A stretch of 30,537 bases of DNA from an uncultured Candidatus Saccharibacteria bacterium (lineage in GTDB: Bacteria; Patescibacteriota; Saccharimonadia; UBA4664; CAYXHD01): contig CAYPFI010000001.1 of the NCBI GenBank assembly GCA_964410005.1, positions 1-30,537 of the forward strand, in the 5' to 3' direction. The position numbers were made by a program, and so were the translations under genes. Of this stretch, positions 17,254-25,216 are shown one piece after another (positions within the stretch are counted from its first letter, which is position 1; each line of letters opens with the position of its first letter). The notes under the pieces are model-generated. The model worked only from the letters and a program-made list of their open reading frames with translations. It searched no databases and was not told the origin of the DNA.

Positions 17254-17710
17254 TGATGCATGGCTCCATGGGCGTCTAGATTATATCTGGGATAGTTATT
17301 TTGCAGATGTGGAGCAGGAGAATATCGTACGAATTGTCTGGGGCAGGAAGGCTAAAACCAGATTGGGATCGATTCGACTTGATCCGACCGACCCCAGCAT
17401 CACAATTATCACAATTAACAGGCTCTATCAGGACGAATTCATCCCAGAATACGTTGTAGACGCTACTATTGTTCATGAGCTTACCCATTATGCCCATGGC
17501 TTTAATTCGCCGCATGCTCAAAAGCAAACTCATCCCCATGCTGGGGGAGTAATGGCCAGGGAGTTCGCCGAGCGAGGATTAACAGATATGTATAAGGCTC
17601 AAAAGCGTTGGCTGAAGGCCAATTGGGGGGCTTTTGTTGCCGGACATTTTGGTCCACCTAAACCGCGCCGACGTAAAACGAGCATTCCGACACTAAAATG
17701 GTTTACGTAG
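17246..17710 (+). CDS. SprT-like zinc metalloprotease domain protein (154 aa)
   Basis: HExxH motif VHELTHYAHG, downstream HPH, and RLGSI...ITIN. AGGAGG 6 nt upstream; overlaps the helicase stop (ATGCGTGA). Confidence 0.75.
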   Translation: MRDDAWLHGRLDYIWDSYFADVEQENIVRIVWGRKAKTRLGSIRLDPTDPSITIITINRLYQDEFIPEYVVDATIVHELTHYAHGFNSPHAQKQTHPHAGGVMAREFAERGLTDMYKAQKRWLKANWGAFVAGHFGPPKPRRRKTSIPTLKWFT

Positions 17711-17784
17711 AGATGAAAAAAGCCTTTTAAAGCACAACCACTATGAGGTATAATTTAAGCAAATAAAAGACCAGGTTAAACCAG

Positions 17785-20700
17785 GTGAAAAAATTGCGCA
17801 AAATAATTCGTCAAGAAGTCGCCACTCTGCCCCGACAGAGTATTGCAGCCATGAAGGTGGCTTTTGGCGTACGTGCACAATACGCCACTATCATGGCACT
17901 GGCCGTACTCATGGCCACGCAAATTGCTGGGGTCGCAATATTCTCTGGGAGAGCCGCCGCGGCCTTACCATCACTTAGCCTGGAGCTCGAGACGCGAGAA
18001 GTCAGTGATGTGAACGTTAGTTATCAAAATAGCGCCAATCTAAAATTTAATCTACACACAAATGACCTCCATAACCTCAAGGGTGCTGCTTATAGCTTTG
18101 AATATGGTAGTACTACGAGTTATGGTGAAGAGGCTAATGTCGAATCTACCCAAGTTGTCAGGGACTCAGAAATGTCATTCTCTGGCGGCCCAACCTATCA
18201 ATATGGGGGCTATGGCCAGACCAAGGACCATCAAGGAAATATCTATAAGATATACAACGGAAATCTCTACAAATATAATTCGGCGGGTCAGTACCTCTTA
18301 CAGGTGACGGCTACTCCTAATCATTTCCAGGGATCATCGCGCGCTGATTTAGTGTTTGATTCACAGGATAACCTCTATGTCGGGGGATTTGGCGGTGTTA
18401 TTGAGAAGTATTCGCCAAGTGGTAATCTACTGAACACCATAGGGTCGGCTACTTACATTCAGATTGCTACTGATCCGGATGATAATCTTTATGTGGTCGA
18501 ACAGCGGACGGTCAGTGGCTCGCTGGTTCATAAATACGATGCCGCGGGTGCGCTTGTGGATGAATTTGTGATGCCGATTGGTACCGCAGTTCTGTGTGGT
18601 GGAGATTTAGCGATAGACTCCGCCGGGAGCCTTTATGTGAGTATTTCTGATTGTGATTCCCAAACATCAGACTCGATTCAAAAACTCTCTTCAGATGGGA
18701 ACCTCACTGATACCTGGGCCATACCGGTTGCCGGTACATTATACATAGATGACAGTAATATTATTTATGTTCGTGGTCAGGCCACACTTACGACTGAGGG
18801 TGACCCAATCCCGTCACCGGCTACTTTGCCCCTAACTTCATATATGCTGGGCTACAATGTACTGCTTGATGTAGACACCGAACATGGCTTGGCCCATATG
18901 ATGAATCGCGACGAGAATGTGGTAATAACCTACGCTCGTACGGCTTCAGTCGAGGTAGGTAATCTTCAATGTGGTGAAACCTATCATTACCGAGCTAAGG
19001 CCGTTGCCGGAAGCGAGACGGTATACGGTGAAGATCAAGAGACTATCGTTCCTTGTAATCCCCTCAACATTCTAACCGGCTGGATTCCAGATGGTCCGCT
19101 CGGTGAGGCCTATGAGGCACAGATACAGACAAATGCTTCTGGTGGAACAACAACCTTTAGTATCGTTGATGGGCAACTTCCGCCCGGCCTTGATCTGGAC
19201 AGCAGCAGCGGCGCGATAACGGGAACCGCGATTGAGGCCGGCAGTTTTGAGTTCACGATTCGCGCAGAGAATGACGGCGCGAATACTCCGGGAATCGATG
19301 AACAAACATTATCCATGTATGTCACGGGGCAGAACTTGGATGTGGTTGATAGTAATAACAGTATGTATGTTGGGGACGCTTATACTAATCAGGTCCAGAC
19401 TACTGGCGGACTTGGGGGCGAGATCCAGTTTGGGAAAGATCCAAGTTCCAATGATGATTTCCCGCCCGGCATCACTATGAGTAGTACCGGCGCGATAACT
19501 GGCACGCCTACCCAGGCTGGGTCGTATGCTGTGCTCGTACGTGTCACGCAAGGGCCACTCACCGGCGTTGGTTATGTACAATTCCAGGTAGAGAACCCGA
19601 CTTATAATGAGATTAGTATCTCGGGTGGAGGGCTTAATGGTGCGCGAGTGGGCCGTGCTTATAGTGAGGACATGGGTTACTATACTGGTAATGGCTTTGG
19701 ACCAAAAACCTATGCTATTACAGCAGGTGAGTTGACGCCAGGGCTCGAGCTCAATCCGCTCACCGGTATCATTAGCGGGACACCTGTGACGGCGGGAACG
19801 TATGAATTTACCCTGGAAGTAACCGATATCACAGGTAGTGCGAGTGGTGAGTTTACTATGCCGGTCGCGCCGACGGTTGTTCAGGGTACCAATACGCCTA
19901 TTGTTACGATTACCTCGCCAGCCGATAGTACTCAGTTTGATGCCGACCATGATAGTGTTGTCGTCACCGGTACCGGCCCGGCTGGCCAGTCGATTGTGGT
20001 ATCGATGGATGGCTATGAGCTAGGAACTGCCTCTGTTAACGACGGCGGCACCTGGAGCTATACGGTGGATGATATATTCCCGGGAGATCATAGTTTTGAG
20101 GCTAAATATGTGCCAGTTGGTGATCTTGCGGTATTGGGAAGCCTTGTGGACGGTGATATGACTGCTGAAAATGGTAAAGTCACAATTATCGATATGGGTA
20201 CCGGCAAAAGGATCCAGTCCATCTCACTCCCGCCATACTCATTTGTGTATGTATCGGCCATCAATGAGGCCGGCACCAAGGCCTATGTGGCTGGTGGACG
20301 ACTCAACTTAGACGAGGTCGGAGATGGTGCTGTCTCTACGCCATTCTTGTATGAAATTGATCTTGGAACTGGCATGTTGGGTCGCACTTTGGACATGTCG
20401 TCAATTGGCCCCGATCACACCGTTAGTGCCCTTACGCTTATTAATGATCATACAGCGTATATCGAGTATGGACGTAGCTATTTAGAGTCAGCCATCACAT
20501 CGGTGAATCTGGATACCATGACACTTGGCAGCTCCGTAGGTCTTCCCCTAAGCAATGATTACACGGTAAGTAATAATCCCCGAGGTCGAAATATATCGCT
20601 GGTCGAAGCCAATGGCCGAATATACAGCTCATTATCCACACAGGATGATGATGACTTGCAAACCGCTACGGTTATTAATCGATCAGATAACTCAATGCAT

Positions 20701-21915
20701 AGCATTACAATTCTCAATGACCCGTTATGGTATAACTGCGCAACTGAAGTTATTAAGTCCGGTAACGATGTTTATTATGTGGCCAATGATAAGATCGTTA
20801 AAATGAACACTACTAACGGCACTGTCGCGAGCACTATTACCATGGGCAGCACCTTGCAGAGTACTCAGATGTGTGTGAGGTCGCTCCAGATAGATGCGGC
20901 CCATAATAAAGCCTACGTGCTCGCCAACGGTGTGTTGTTTACGGTGGACTTATCGAGCGGGGCGACTACCAAGGTTCAGGATCAGGTCGGGTCTCTGTAT
21001 ATCAATGCTTGGGTGGATACGTACATTGATTGGATGAAGCAGCTGCAGCCTAACCAAGAAATAACTGATGAGCTGAGGCAAATGTTCTTTGACCAGCTAA
21101 GTAATAGTTTGCCAACATCGCTTCCGTATCAACAAAGTAATCTCATGTCACTTAACAGTGATGCCAGTATGCTTCATATTTTCTGGATGACAGGTATTAT
21201 CAGTAATTTTAACACCGTTACTTCTCAATATGTTCAATCTACACAGAGTTACTATGGCTACGCTGGATATAGCATACAGTCTGGCGCTCAGCGCTTGGTC
21301 GCGCCGGCTACCGTTTCGCCTTCAGCTTCAGTTTCGTTTTCAGTAGAGGAGGGTGAAATTGTGGAACCGGGCTGCGTTGATGATTCGTGCGAACCGGTTG
21401 ATCCCGATTGTCTTGAATCATGTGAGCCAGAAGAGCCTGGTGAGCCAGAGTTGCCAGGAGCTATTGTGCCGCAGTTGACTCCTAAGCCTGTTGTCGCAAC
21501 CACGCCCATCAAAGGATCTCCGGCGGTTGTGGCTGTTCAGAACTCACTCTTGGCGCTCGTGGCTCGCATTCCCGAACCACTGGCTGTCGGCTTGCCATGG
21601 CTCCTGTTGTCGCTGGCTCTCATCCTGGTTTCATCCCAGTATTATCAGGTCCTTGCTGAATCGGCTGGAACCAAGAAAATGCAGGATCGCGTCGATCATC
21701 AAAGGCGACTTGTAGAAGAACAGAATAACTTTGTGGCTCTTTCGACTCACTATCTGCACACGCCACTCACCGTTATGGAGGGGGAAATTAGCTTGATGGT
21801 TAAAGCTGGAACACTAACTCAGGCCCAGGCAACTAAGCTGCGAGCAACGCTTACTAGTCTAGCTGCCGAAGCTGAGGCCGTACTCGCACGAGAAGAGCAG
21901 AATAAGGTAGAATAG
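17785..21915 (+). CDS. Large membrane-anchored surface protein (1376 aa): FN3-like domain, NHL-like propeller, three He_PIG-like Ig repeats, Big-like domain, second propeller, TM helix, cytoplasmic coiled coil and HisKA-like helix
   Basis: FEYGSTTSYG...TYHYRA; FDSQDNLYVG/TDPDDNLYV/IDSAGSLYV repeats; LPPGLDL..GAITGT, FPPGITM..GAITGTP, LTPGLEL..GIISGTP; PIVTITSP..GTWSY; TM LPWLLLSLALILV; NNFVALSTHYLHTPLT. Confidence 0.85.
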   Translation: MKKLRKIIRQEVATLPRQSIAAMKVAFGVRAQYATIMALAVLMATQIAGVAIFSGRAAAALPSLSLELETREVSDVNVSYQNSANLKFNLHTNDLHNLKGAAYSFEYGSTTSYGEEANVESTQVVRDSEMSFSGGPTYQYGGYGQTKDHQGNIYKIYNGNLYKYNSAGQYLLQVTATPNHFQGSSRADLVFDSQDNLYVGGFGGVIEKYSPSGNLLNTIGSATYIQIATDPDDNLYVVEQRTVSGSLVHKYDAAGALVDEFVMPIGTAVLCGGDLAIDSAGSLYVSISDCDSQTSDSIQKLSSDGNLTDTWAIPVAGTLYIDDSNIIYVRGQATLTTEGDPIPSPATLPLTSYMLGYNVLLDVDTEHGLAHMMNRDENVVITYARTASVEVGNLQCGETYHYRAKAVAGSETVYGEDQETIVPCNPLNILTGWIPDGPLGEAYEAQIQTNASGGTTTFSIVDGQLPPGLDLDSSSGAITGTAIEAGSFEFTIRAENDGANTPGIDEQTLSMYVTGQNLDVVDSNNSMYVGDAYTNQVQTTGGLGGEIQFGKDPSSNDDFPPGITMSSTGAITGTPTQAGSYAVLVRVTQGPLTGVGYVQFQVENPTYNEISISGGGLNGARVGRAYSEDMGYYTGNGFGPKTYAITAGELTPGLELNPLTGIISGTPVTAGTYEFTLEVTDITGSASGEFTMPVAPTVVQGTNTPIVTITSPADSTQFDADHDSVVVTGTGPAGQSIVVSMDGYELGTASVNDGGTWSYTVDDIFPGDHSFEAKYVPVGDLAVLGSLVDGDMTAENGKVTIIDMGTGKRIQSISLPPYSFVYVSAINEAGTKAYVAGGRLNLDEVGDGAVSTPFLYEIDLGTGMLGRTLDMSSIGPDHTVSALTLINDHTAYIEYGRSYLESAITSVNLDTMTLGSSVGLPLSNDYTVSNNPRGRNISLVEANGRIYSSLSTQDDDDLQTATVINRSDNSMHSITILNDPLWYNCATEVIKSGNDVYYVANDKIVKMNTTNGTVASTITMGSTLQSTQMCVRSLQIDAAHNKAYVLANGVLFTVDLSSGATTKVQDQVGSLYINAWVDTYIDWMKQLQPNQEITDELRQMFFDQLSNSLPTSLPYQQSNLMSLNSDASMLHIFWMTGIISNFNTVTSQYVQSTQSYYGYAGYSIQSGAQRLVAPATVSPSASVSFSVEEGEIVEPGCVDDSCEPVDPDCLESCEPEEPGEPELPGAIVPQLTPKPVVATTPIKGSPAVVAVQNSLLALVARIPEPLAVGLPWLLLSLALILVSSQYYQVLAESAGTKKMQDRVDHQRRLVEEQNNFVALSTHYLHTPLTVMEGEISLMVKAGTLTQAQATKLRATLTSLAAEAEAVLAREEQNKVE

Positions 21916-21926
21916 GAAGCGCACGT

Positions 21927-22002
21927 CAGGGTGTAGCGCAGTTGGTAGCGCGCAGCGTTCGGGACGCTGAGGTCGGAGGTTCAAGTCCTCTCACCCTGAC
22001 CA
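21927..22002 (+). tRNA. tRNA-Pro (anticodon CGG)
   Basis: Acceptor CAGGGTG/CACCCTG (C1-G72, A73), anticodon stem CAGCG/CGCTG with loop TT-CGG-GA, TTCAAGT T-loop, encoded CCA; 76 nt. Confidence 0.97.
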
Positions 22003-22023
22003 TTATTCCTGTATAATAGAAGC

Positions 22024-23067
22024 ATGGTGGAAGTGCTTCTTATTCTTATGATCGTTCTCTTGTTGGCTGGTTTTGCTGGCATCCTCTTTATGATTAATCA
22101 AAATAAGAAGCCAGTGCAGAATGATACTGCATTAGGGCTTATCAAGGCTGATTTGCAGGCTATGAAGGATGCTATTGATCGCAGTAGCCAGCAGACCCAG
22201 AGCAGTGTATTTAAACAGATCTCAGAAAGCAGCAAGATCATTACCGATGTCACTGATCGACTGGCTAAGCTGGACGAGACTAACCGCCGTGTGGTAGATG
22301 TGGCCGATGAACTCAAAACGTTGCAAAATGTACTACAGAACCCCAAGCAGCGCGGGGTACTGGGAGAGTATTACCTCGAGACGGTCCTTGATAATGTGAT
22401 GGCACCTGATCAGTACCAATTGCAGTATGAGTTCAAGAATCACGACAAAGTCGATGCGGTGATTTTTTTACAACAGGGTAAAGTGCTGCCGATTGATAGT
22501 AAGTTTAGCCTTGAAAACTACAATCGTCTCCGAGAATCCAAAGATAAATCCAACAATGAGAACTTAATTAAGTTATTCAAGCAGGATCTTAAGAATCGTA
22601 TCGATGAGACGGCCAAATACATCCGTCCTGATGAGAACACCATGGACTTTGCTTTTATGTTTATCCCAAGTGAAGCCATCTATTACGACCTTCTGATTAA
22701 CCAGGTAGGTACGACTGGTACAAGCGCCCGCGACCTCATCGAATATGCCTTCCGAGATAAGCATGTGATTATTGTAAGTCCTACATCATTCATGGCCTAT
22801 CTCCAGACAGTGCTACAGGGCCTTAGGAGCTTACAGATTGAAGAACAGGCTAAGGAGATCCAGAAGCGAGTAGGGCAGCTTGGAACTCATCTAGCGGCTT
22901 ATGACACGTATTTTAGTAAGGTAGGTAACTCCTTATCAACTACGGTTAATCACTATAACACCGCACACAAGGAACTTGGCAAGATCGACAAGGACGTAAT
23001 GCGTATTGCGGGGACAACCCCTTCAATTGAGCCGCTGTTGGTTGATAAGCCGAGCACTGACGAGTAA
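22024..23067 (+). CDS. rmuC: DNA recombination protein RmuC
   Basis: N-terminal TM helix and coiled coil, NPKQRGVLGEYYLE, DAVIFL...IDSKF, FAFMFIPSEAIY, IVSPTSFMAYL. Confidence 0.92.
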   Translation: MVEVLLILMIVLLLAGFAGILFMINQNKKPVQNDTALGLIKADLQAMKDAIDRSSQQTQSSVFKQISESSKIITDVTDRLAKLDETNRRVVDVADELKTLQNVLQNPKQRGVLGEYYLETVLDNVMAPDQYQLQYEFKNHDKVDAVIFLQQGKVLPIDSKFSLENYNRLRESKDKSNNENLIKLFKQDLKNRIDETAKYIRPDENTMDFAFMFIPSEAIYYDLLINQVGTTGTSARDLIEYAFRDKHVIIVSPTSFMAYLQTVLQGLRSLQIEEQAKEIQKRVGQLGTHLAAYDTYFSKVGNSLSTTVNHYNTAHKELGKIDKDVMRIAGTTPSIEPLLVDKPSTDE

Positions 23068-23076
23068 GATATAAGC

Positions 23077-24057
23077 ATGAGCAAACGTATTATTTCCGGC
23101 ATCAAACCAACAGGTAGCCTGACCCTGGGGAATTATCTTGGCGCTATGCGTCATTGGGCGCCATTACAGGAGAAGGGCGAGGCTCTGTACTTTATTGCCG
23201 ACCTCCATGCCCTTAACGATAGACCAAAACCAGAAGATATACGTAGCCAAACGCTTGATATGGCGGCCTGGTTGCTAGCGACTGGAATCGATCAAGAGAA
23301 TATTTTTGTGGAGAGCCAGGTGCCGGCCCACGGTCAGCTCCAGACCATCCTAAATAACTACGTCACCATGGGCGAACTGAGTCGTATGACACAGTTTAAA
23401 GATAAGAGCTCTAAAAAGGGTGCAGAGGGTCAGGTGGCCGGTTTGTTCGAATATCCGGTACTGATGAGCGCCGACATTCTTTTGTACGATATCGACCTGG
23501 TCCCTGTTGGTGATGATCAGCGCCAACACGTAGAGCTGACGCGTGACATTGCTACGCGCTTCAATAACCTTTATGGCGAGGTATTTACGGTTCCATCCGC
23601 TGATATTCAGAAGGAATCAGCTCGTATTATGAATCTGCAGGATCCAGCTCGTAAGATGAGTAAGAGTGATGCTGATAATGGGGGCGCTATCTATCTTCTT
23701 GATACTGAAGATGAGGTTAAGAATAAGATAAAGCGTGCAGTGACTGATTCGGGTAGCTCAATTGAGGCCGACAAGGATCGTCCGGCGATTTATAACCTGG
23801 TTCAGATATTCGCAGCCGTTACAGGTAAGAGCAGTGAAGAGGTCGTTGAGCAGTTCGCAGGTAAGGGCTACGGGGACTTTAAGCAGGAGCTAGGCAGCGC
23901 AGTAGCGGCGAAGGTGGGAGAAGTGCAAGAGGCCTTCCATAATTATCGTAATGATGAGAATAAGCTCCAGGAGATCCTGGCAAAGGGTGCAGCTAAAGCC
24001 AATGATCGAGCTGAAGCAAAGCTGAAAGAAGTGAAGAAGGCAGCAGGATTACTGTAG
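23077..24057 (+). CDS. trpS: Tryptophan--tRNA ligase
   Basis: SGIKPTG.LTLGNYLGA, IADLHA, MTQFKDK, YPVLMSADIL, VPVGDDQRQHVEL, KMSKS. Confidence 0.97.
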   Translation: MSKRIISGIKPTGSLTLGNYLGAMRHWAPLQEKGEALYFIADLHALNDRPKPEDIRSQTLDMAAWLLATGIDQENIFVESQVPAHGQLQTILNNYVTMGELSRMTQFKDKSSKKGAEGQVAGLFEYPVLMSADILLYDIDLVPVGDDQRQHVELTRDIATRFNNLYGEVFTVPSADIQKESARIMNLQDPARKMSKSDADNGGAIYLLDTEDEVKNKIKRAVTDSGSSIEADKDRPAIYNLVQIFAAVTGKSSEEVVEQFAGKGYGDFKQELGSAVAAKVGEVQEAFHNYRNDENKLQEILAKGAAKANDRAEAKLKEVKKAAGLL

Positions 24058-24102
24058 GATCCGGAACACTTAACCTTCGGAAGTCTGATATATCTTTTAT
24101 AT

Positions 24103-24137
24103 AAATAGTTAACCGAGAGGTTAACTATTTGTTTTTT
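24103..24137 (+). terminator. Intrinsic terminator after trpS
   Basis: Perfect 12-bp stem AAATAGTTAACC/GGTTAACTATTT with a GAGA (GNRA) loop, then G and T6. Confidence 0.8.
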
Positions 24138-24266
24138 ACTGATGGGGCAGATGGAGAGGTTAAGTACGGCTAAAAGCTTAACAACGTTGTGAATAATACA
24201 CACATGATATATCAGTATATAGGATATACGTTGATTATTTTACAACATATATTGCACTCAATAGCA

Positions 24267-24296
24267 TTGACACAAGCATAAGTACTATGCTATGCT
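24267..24296 (+). promoter_or_regulatory. Near-consensus sigma70 promoter with no protein gene immediately downstream
   Basis: TTGACA (24267-24272), 18-nt spacer, TGcTATGCT (extended -10; TATGCT 24291-24296). Confidence 0.6.
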
Positions 24297-24302
24297 TCTT
24301 AT

Positions 24303-24590
24303 GTAGTCGAAACAAGCAGCTTCACAACAGAATAGTTCCTCTCCCGCAAGCTCAGACTTTCCAAAAGAGACCTGAGGTCCATACTCATGTCTAGTACCTG
24401 TCCGATTCATCGTTCTGTCCAGTTCCGACCCTCGTCCCTCGTCGTTCCCAGGTTTACGGTAGGGCAAGTCCCGCTTAGAATTATCCCCCTTAATTCTAAG
24501 CCGGGCTCGTCCTACGGTAGATACATCTTGTCGGTAGGGACGTGATCACAACCGCACCTCCTCTGTGATTACATCTCTACCGGCTAGGCC
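24303..24590 (+). ncRNA. Candidate structured non-coding RNA, family not recognised
   Basis: Follows the 24267 promoter. Long hairpins at 24459-24515 and 24530-24584 whose non-Watson-Crick pairs are G.U on the plus strand; small hairpin at 24351-24376; no convincing ORF. Confidence 0.5.
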
Positions 24591-24671
24591 ATGCTCGCGT
24601 ATATTTTATTAATAGCGTGGTGTGGTGGGTAGACACCATCATTTTACTTTTACGGCTTTCTTTCCGGCTGT

Positions 24672-24744
24672 AGGAGTAGACCATGCGGGCCGACAAGCGC
24701 CAATGTAACAACTATTTGGGTGGATTCGCCGGCCCGCAACTTCT
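24672..24744 (+). other. Long interrupted hairpin upstream of a terminator (candidate small RNA or leader element)
   Basis: TGCGGGCCG (24684-24692) pairs perfectly with CGGCCCGCA (24730-24738). Extended by AGGAGT/ACTTCT across a 6-nt bulge. Confidence 0.45.
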
Positions 24745-24759
24745 TTTATAACGTTCTCG

Positions 24760-24787
24760 AAGAGACCATCGCCAGTGGTCTTTTTTT
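24760..24787 (+). terminator. Intrinsic terminator 45 nt upstream of the membrane protein-pheS-pheT operon
   Basis: AAGAGACCA/TGGTCTTTT stem with a 7-nt loop and T7 tract (24781-24787). Confidence 0.75.
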
Positions 24788-24832
24788 ATTGGGATAATTT
24801 TGACATAATAGAGAGAGAAAGTTCGAGGTGTT

Positions 24833-25216
24833 ATGACATTACAAGGAGTCAGTCGGGCAGGTATAGCCTTGGTCTGTAGCGGCCTGGTGGTCGCATTGCT
24901 TTTGAGTATGGCGATAACGAGTCCCACTAAAATTGGCCCTGCAGGAGTGACGCTATGGTTCATGGGCTTTTGGGTGGTGCTATCGAGTTGTATAGCGTTT
25001 GTTAATTATGAGCTGGTAATGCGCTTTGGTAGAGAAGCCACTAAGGTTAATGGACACAAGGTAAAGGCGGGAAGTGCGCGTCATGGATTATTGTTGGGGG
25101 GTGCCCTGACGGTTATCTTGGCTTTGAGTAGTTTGCAACAACTTGACCCTCGTGATGTTGGATTGATAATTGCCTTTGTGCTACTGGTTGAATTTTATAT
25201 GAGGACACGACGATGA
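24833..25216 (+). CDS. Hypothetical integral membrane protein (127 aa, about 4 TM helices), translationally coupled to pheS
   Basis: Four hydrophobic segments; GAGGTG upstream; ATGA overlap with the pheS start. Confidence 0.75.
   Translation: MTLQGVSRAGIALVCSGLVVALLLSMAITSPTKIGPAGVTLWFMGFWVVLSSCIAFVNYELVMRFGREATKVNGHKVKAGSARHGLLLGGALTVILALSSLQQLDPRDVGLIIAFVLLVEFYMRTRR

Noticed and set aside
19309-19950. 213-aa minus-strand ORF
   Set aside because: Antisense shadow within the 1376-aa surface protein gene.
24188-24196. DnaA-box-like TGTGAATAA (others at about 20632 and 25842 inside CDSs)
   Set aside because: Isolated single boxes are expected by chance.
24348-24510. RNase P RNA-like words on the minus strand (GGAAAGTCTGAGCT and GAGCCCGGCTTA)
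   Set aside because: The order is reversed relative to RNase P RNA, the P4 pairing has a mismatch, the CCCGGCTTA is part of a local hairpin, and wobble polarity favours the plus strand.
24387-24545. 52-codon plus-strand ORF inside the structured region
   Set aside because: No RBS or leaderless promoter, no recognisable features, and it runs through two strong hairpins. A small peptide cannot be fully excluded.
24712-24740. T-box-like ATTTGGGTGGATTCGC upstream of pheS
   Set aside because: The bulge is UGGAUUC rather than UGGNACC, UGGA does not match tRNA-Phe A73, no antiterminator can pair with the terminator strand, and no stem I or specifier loop was recognised.
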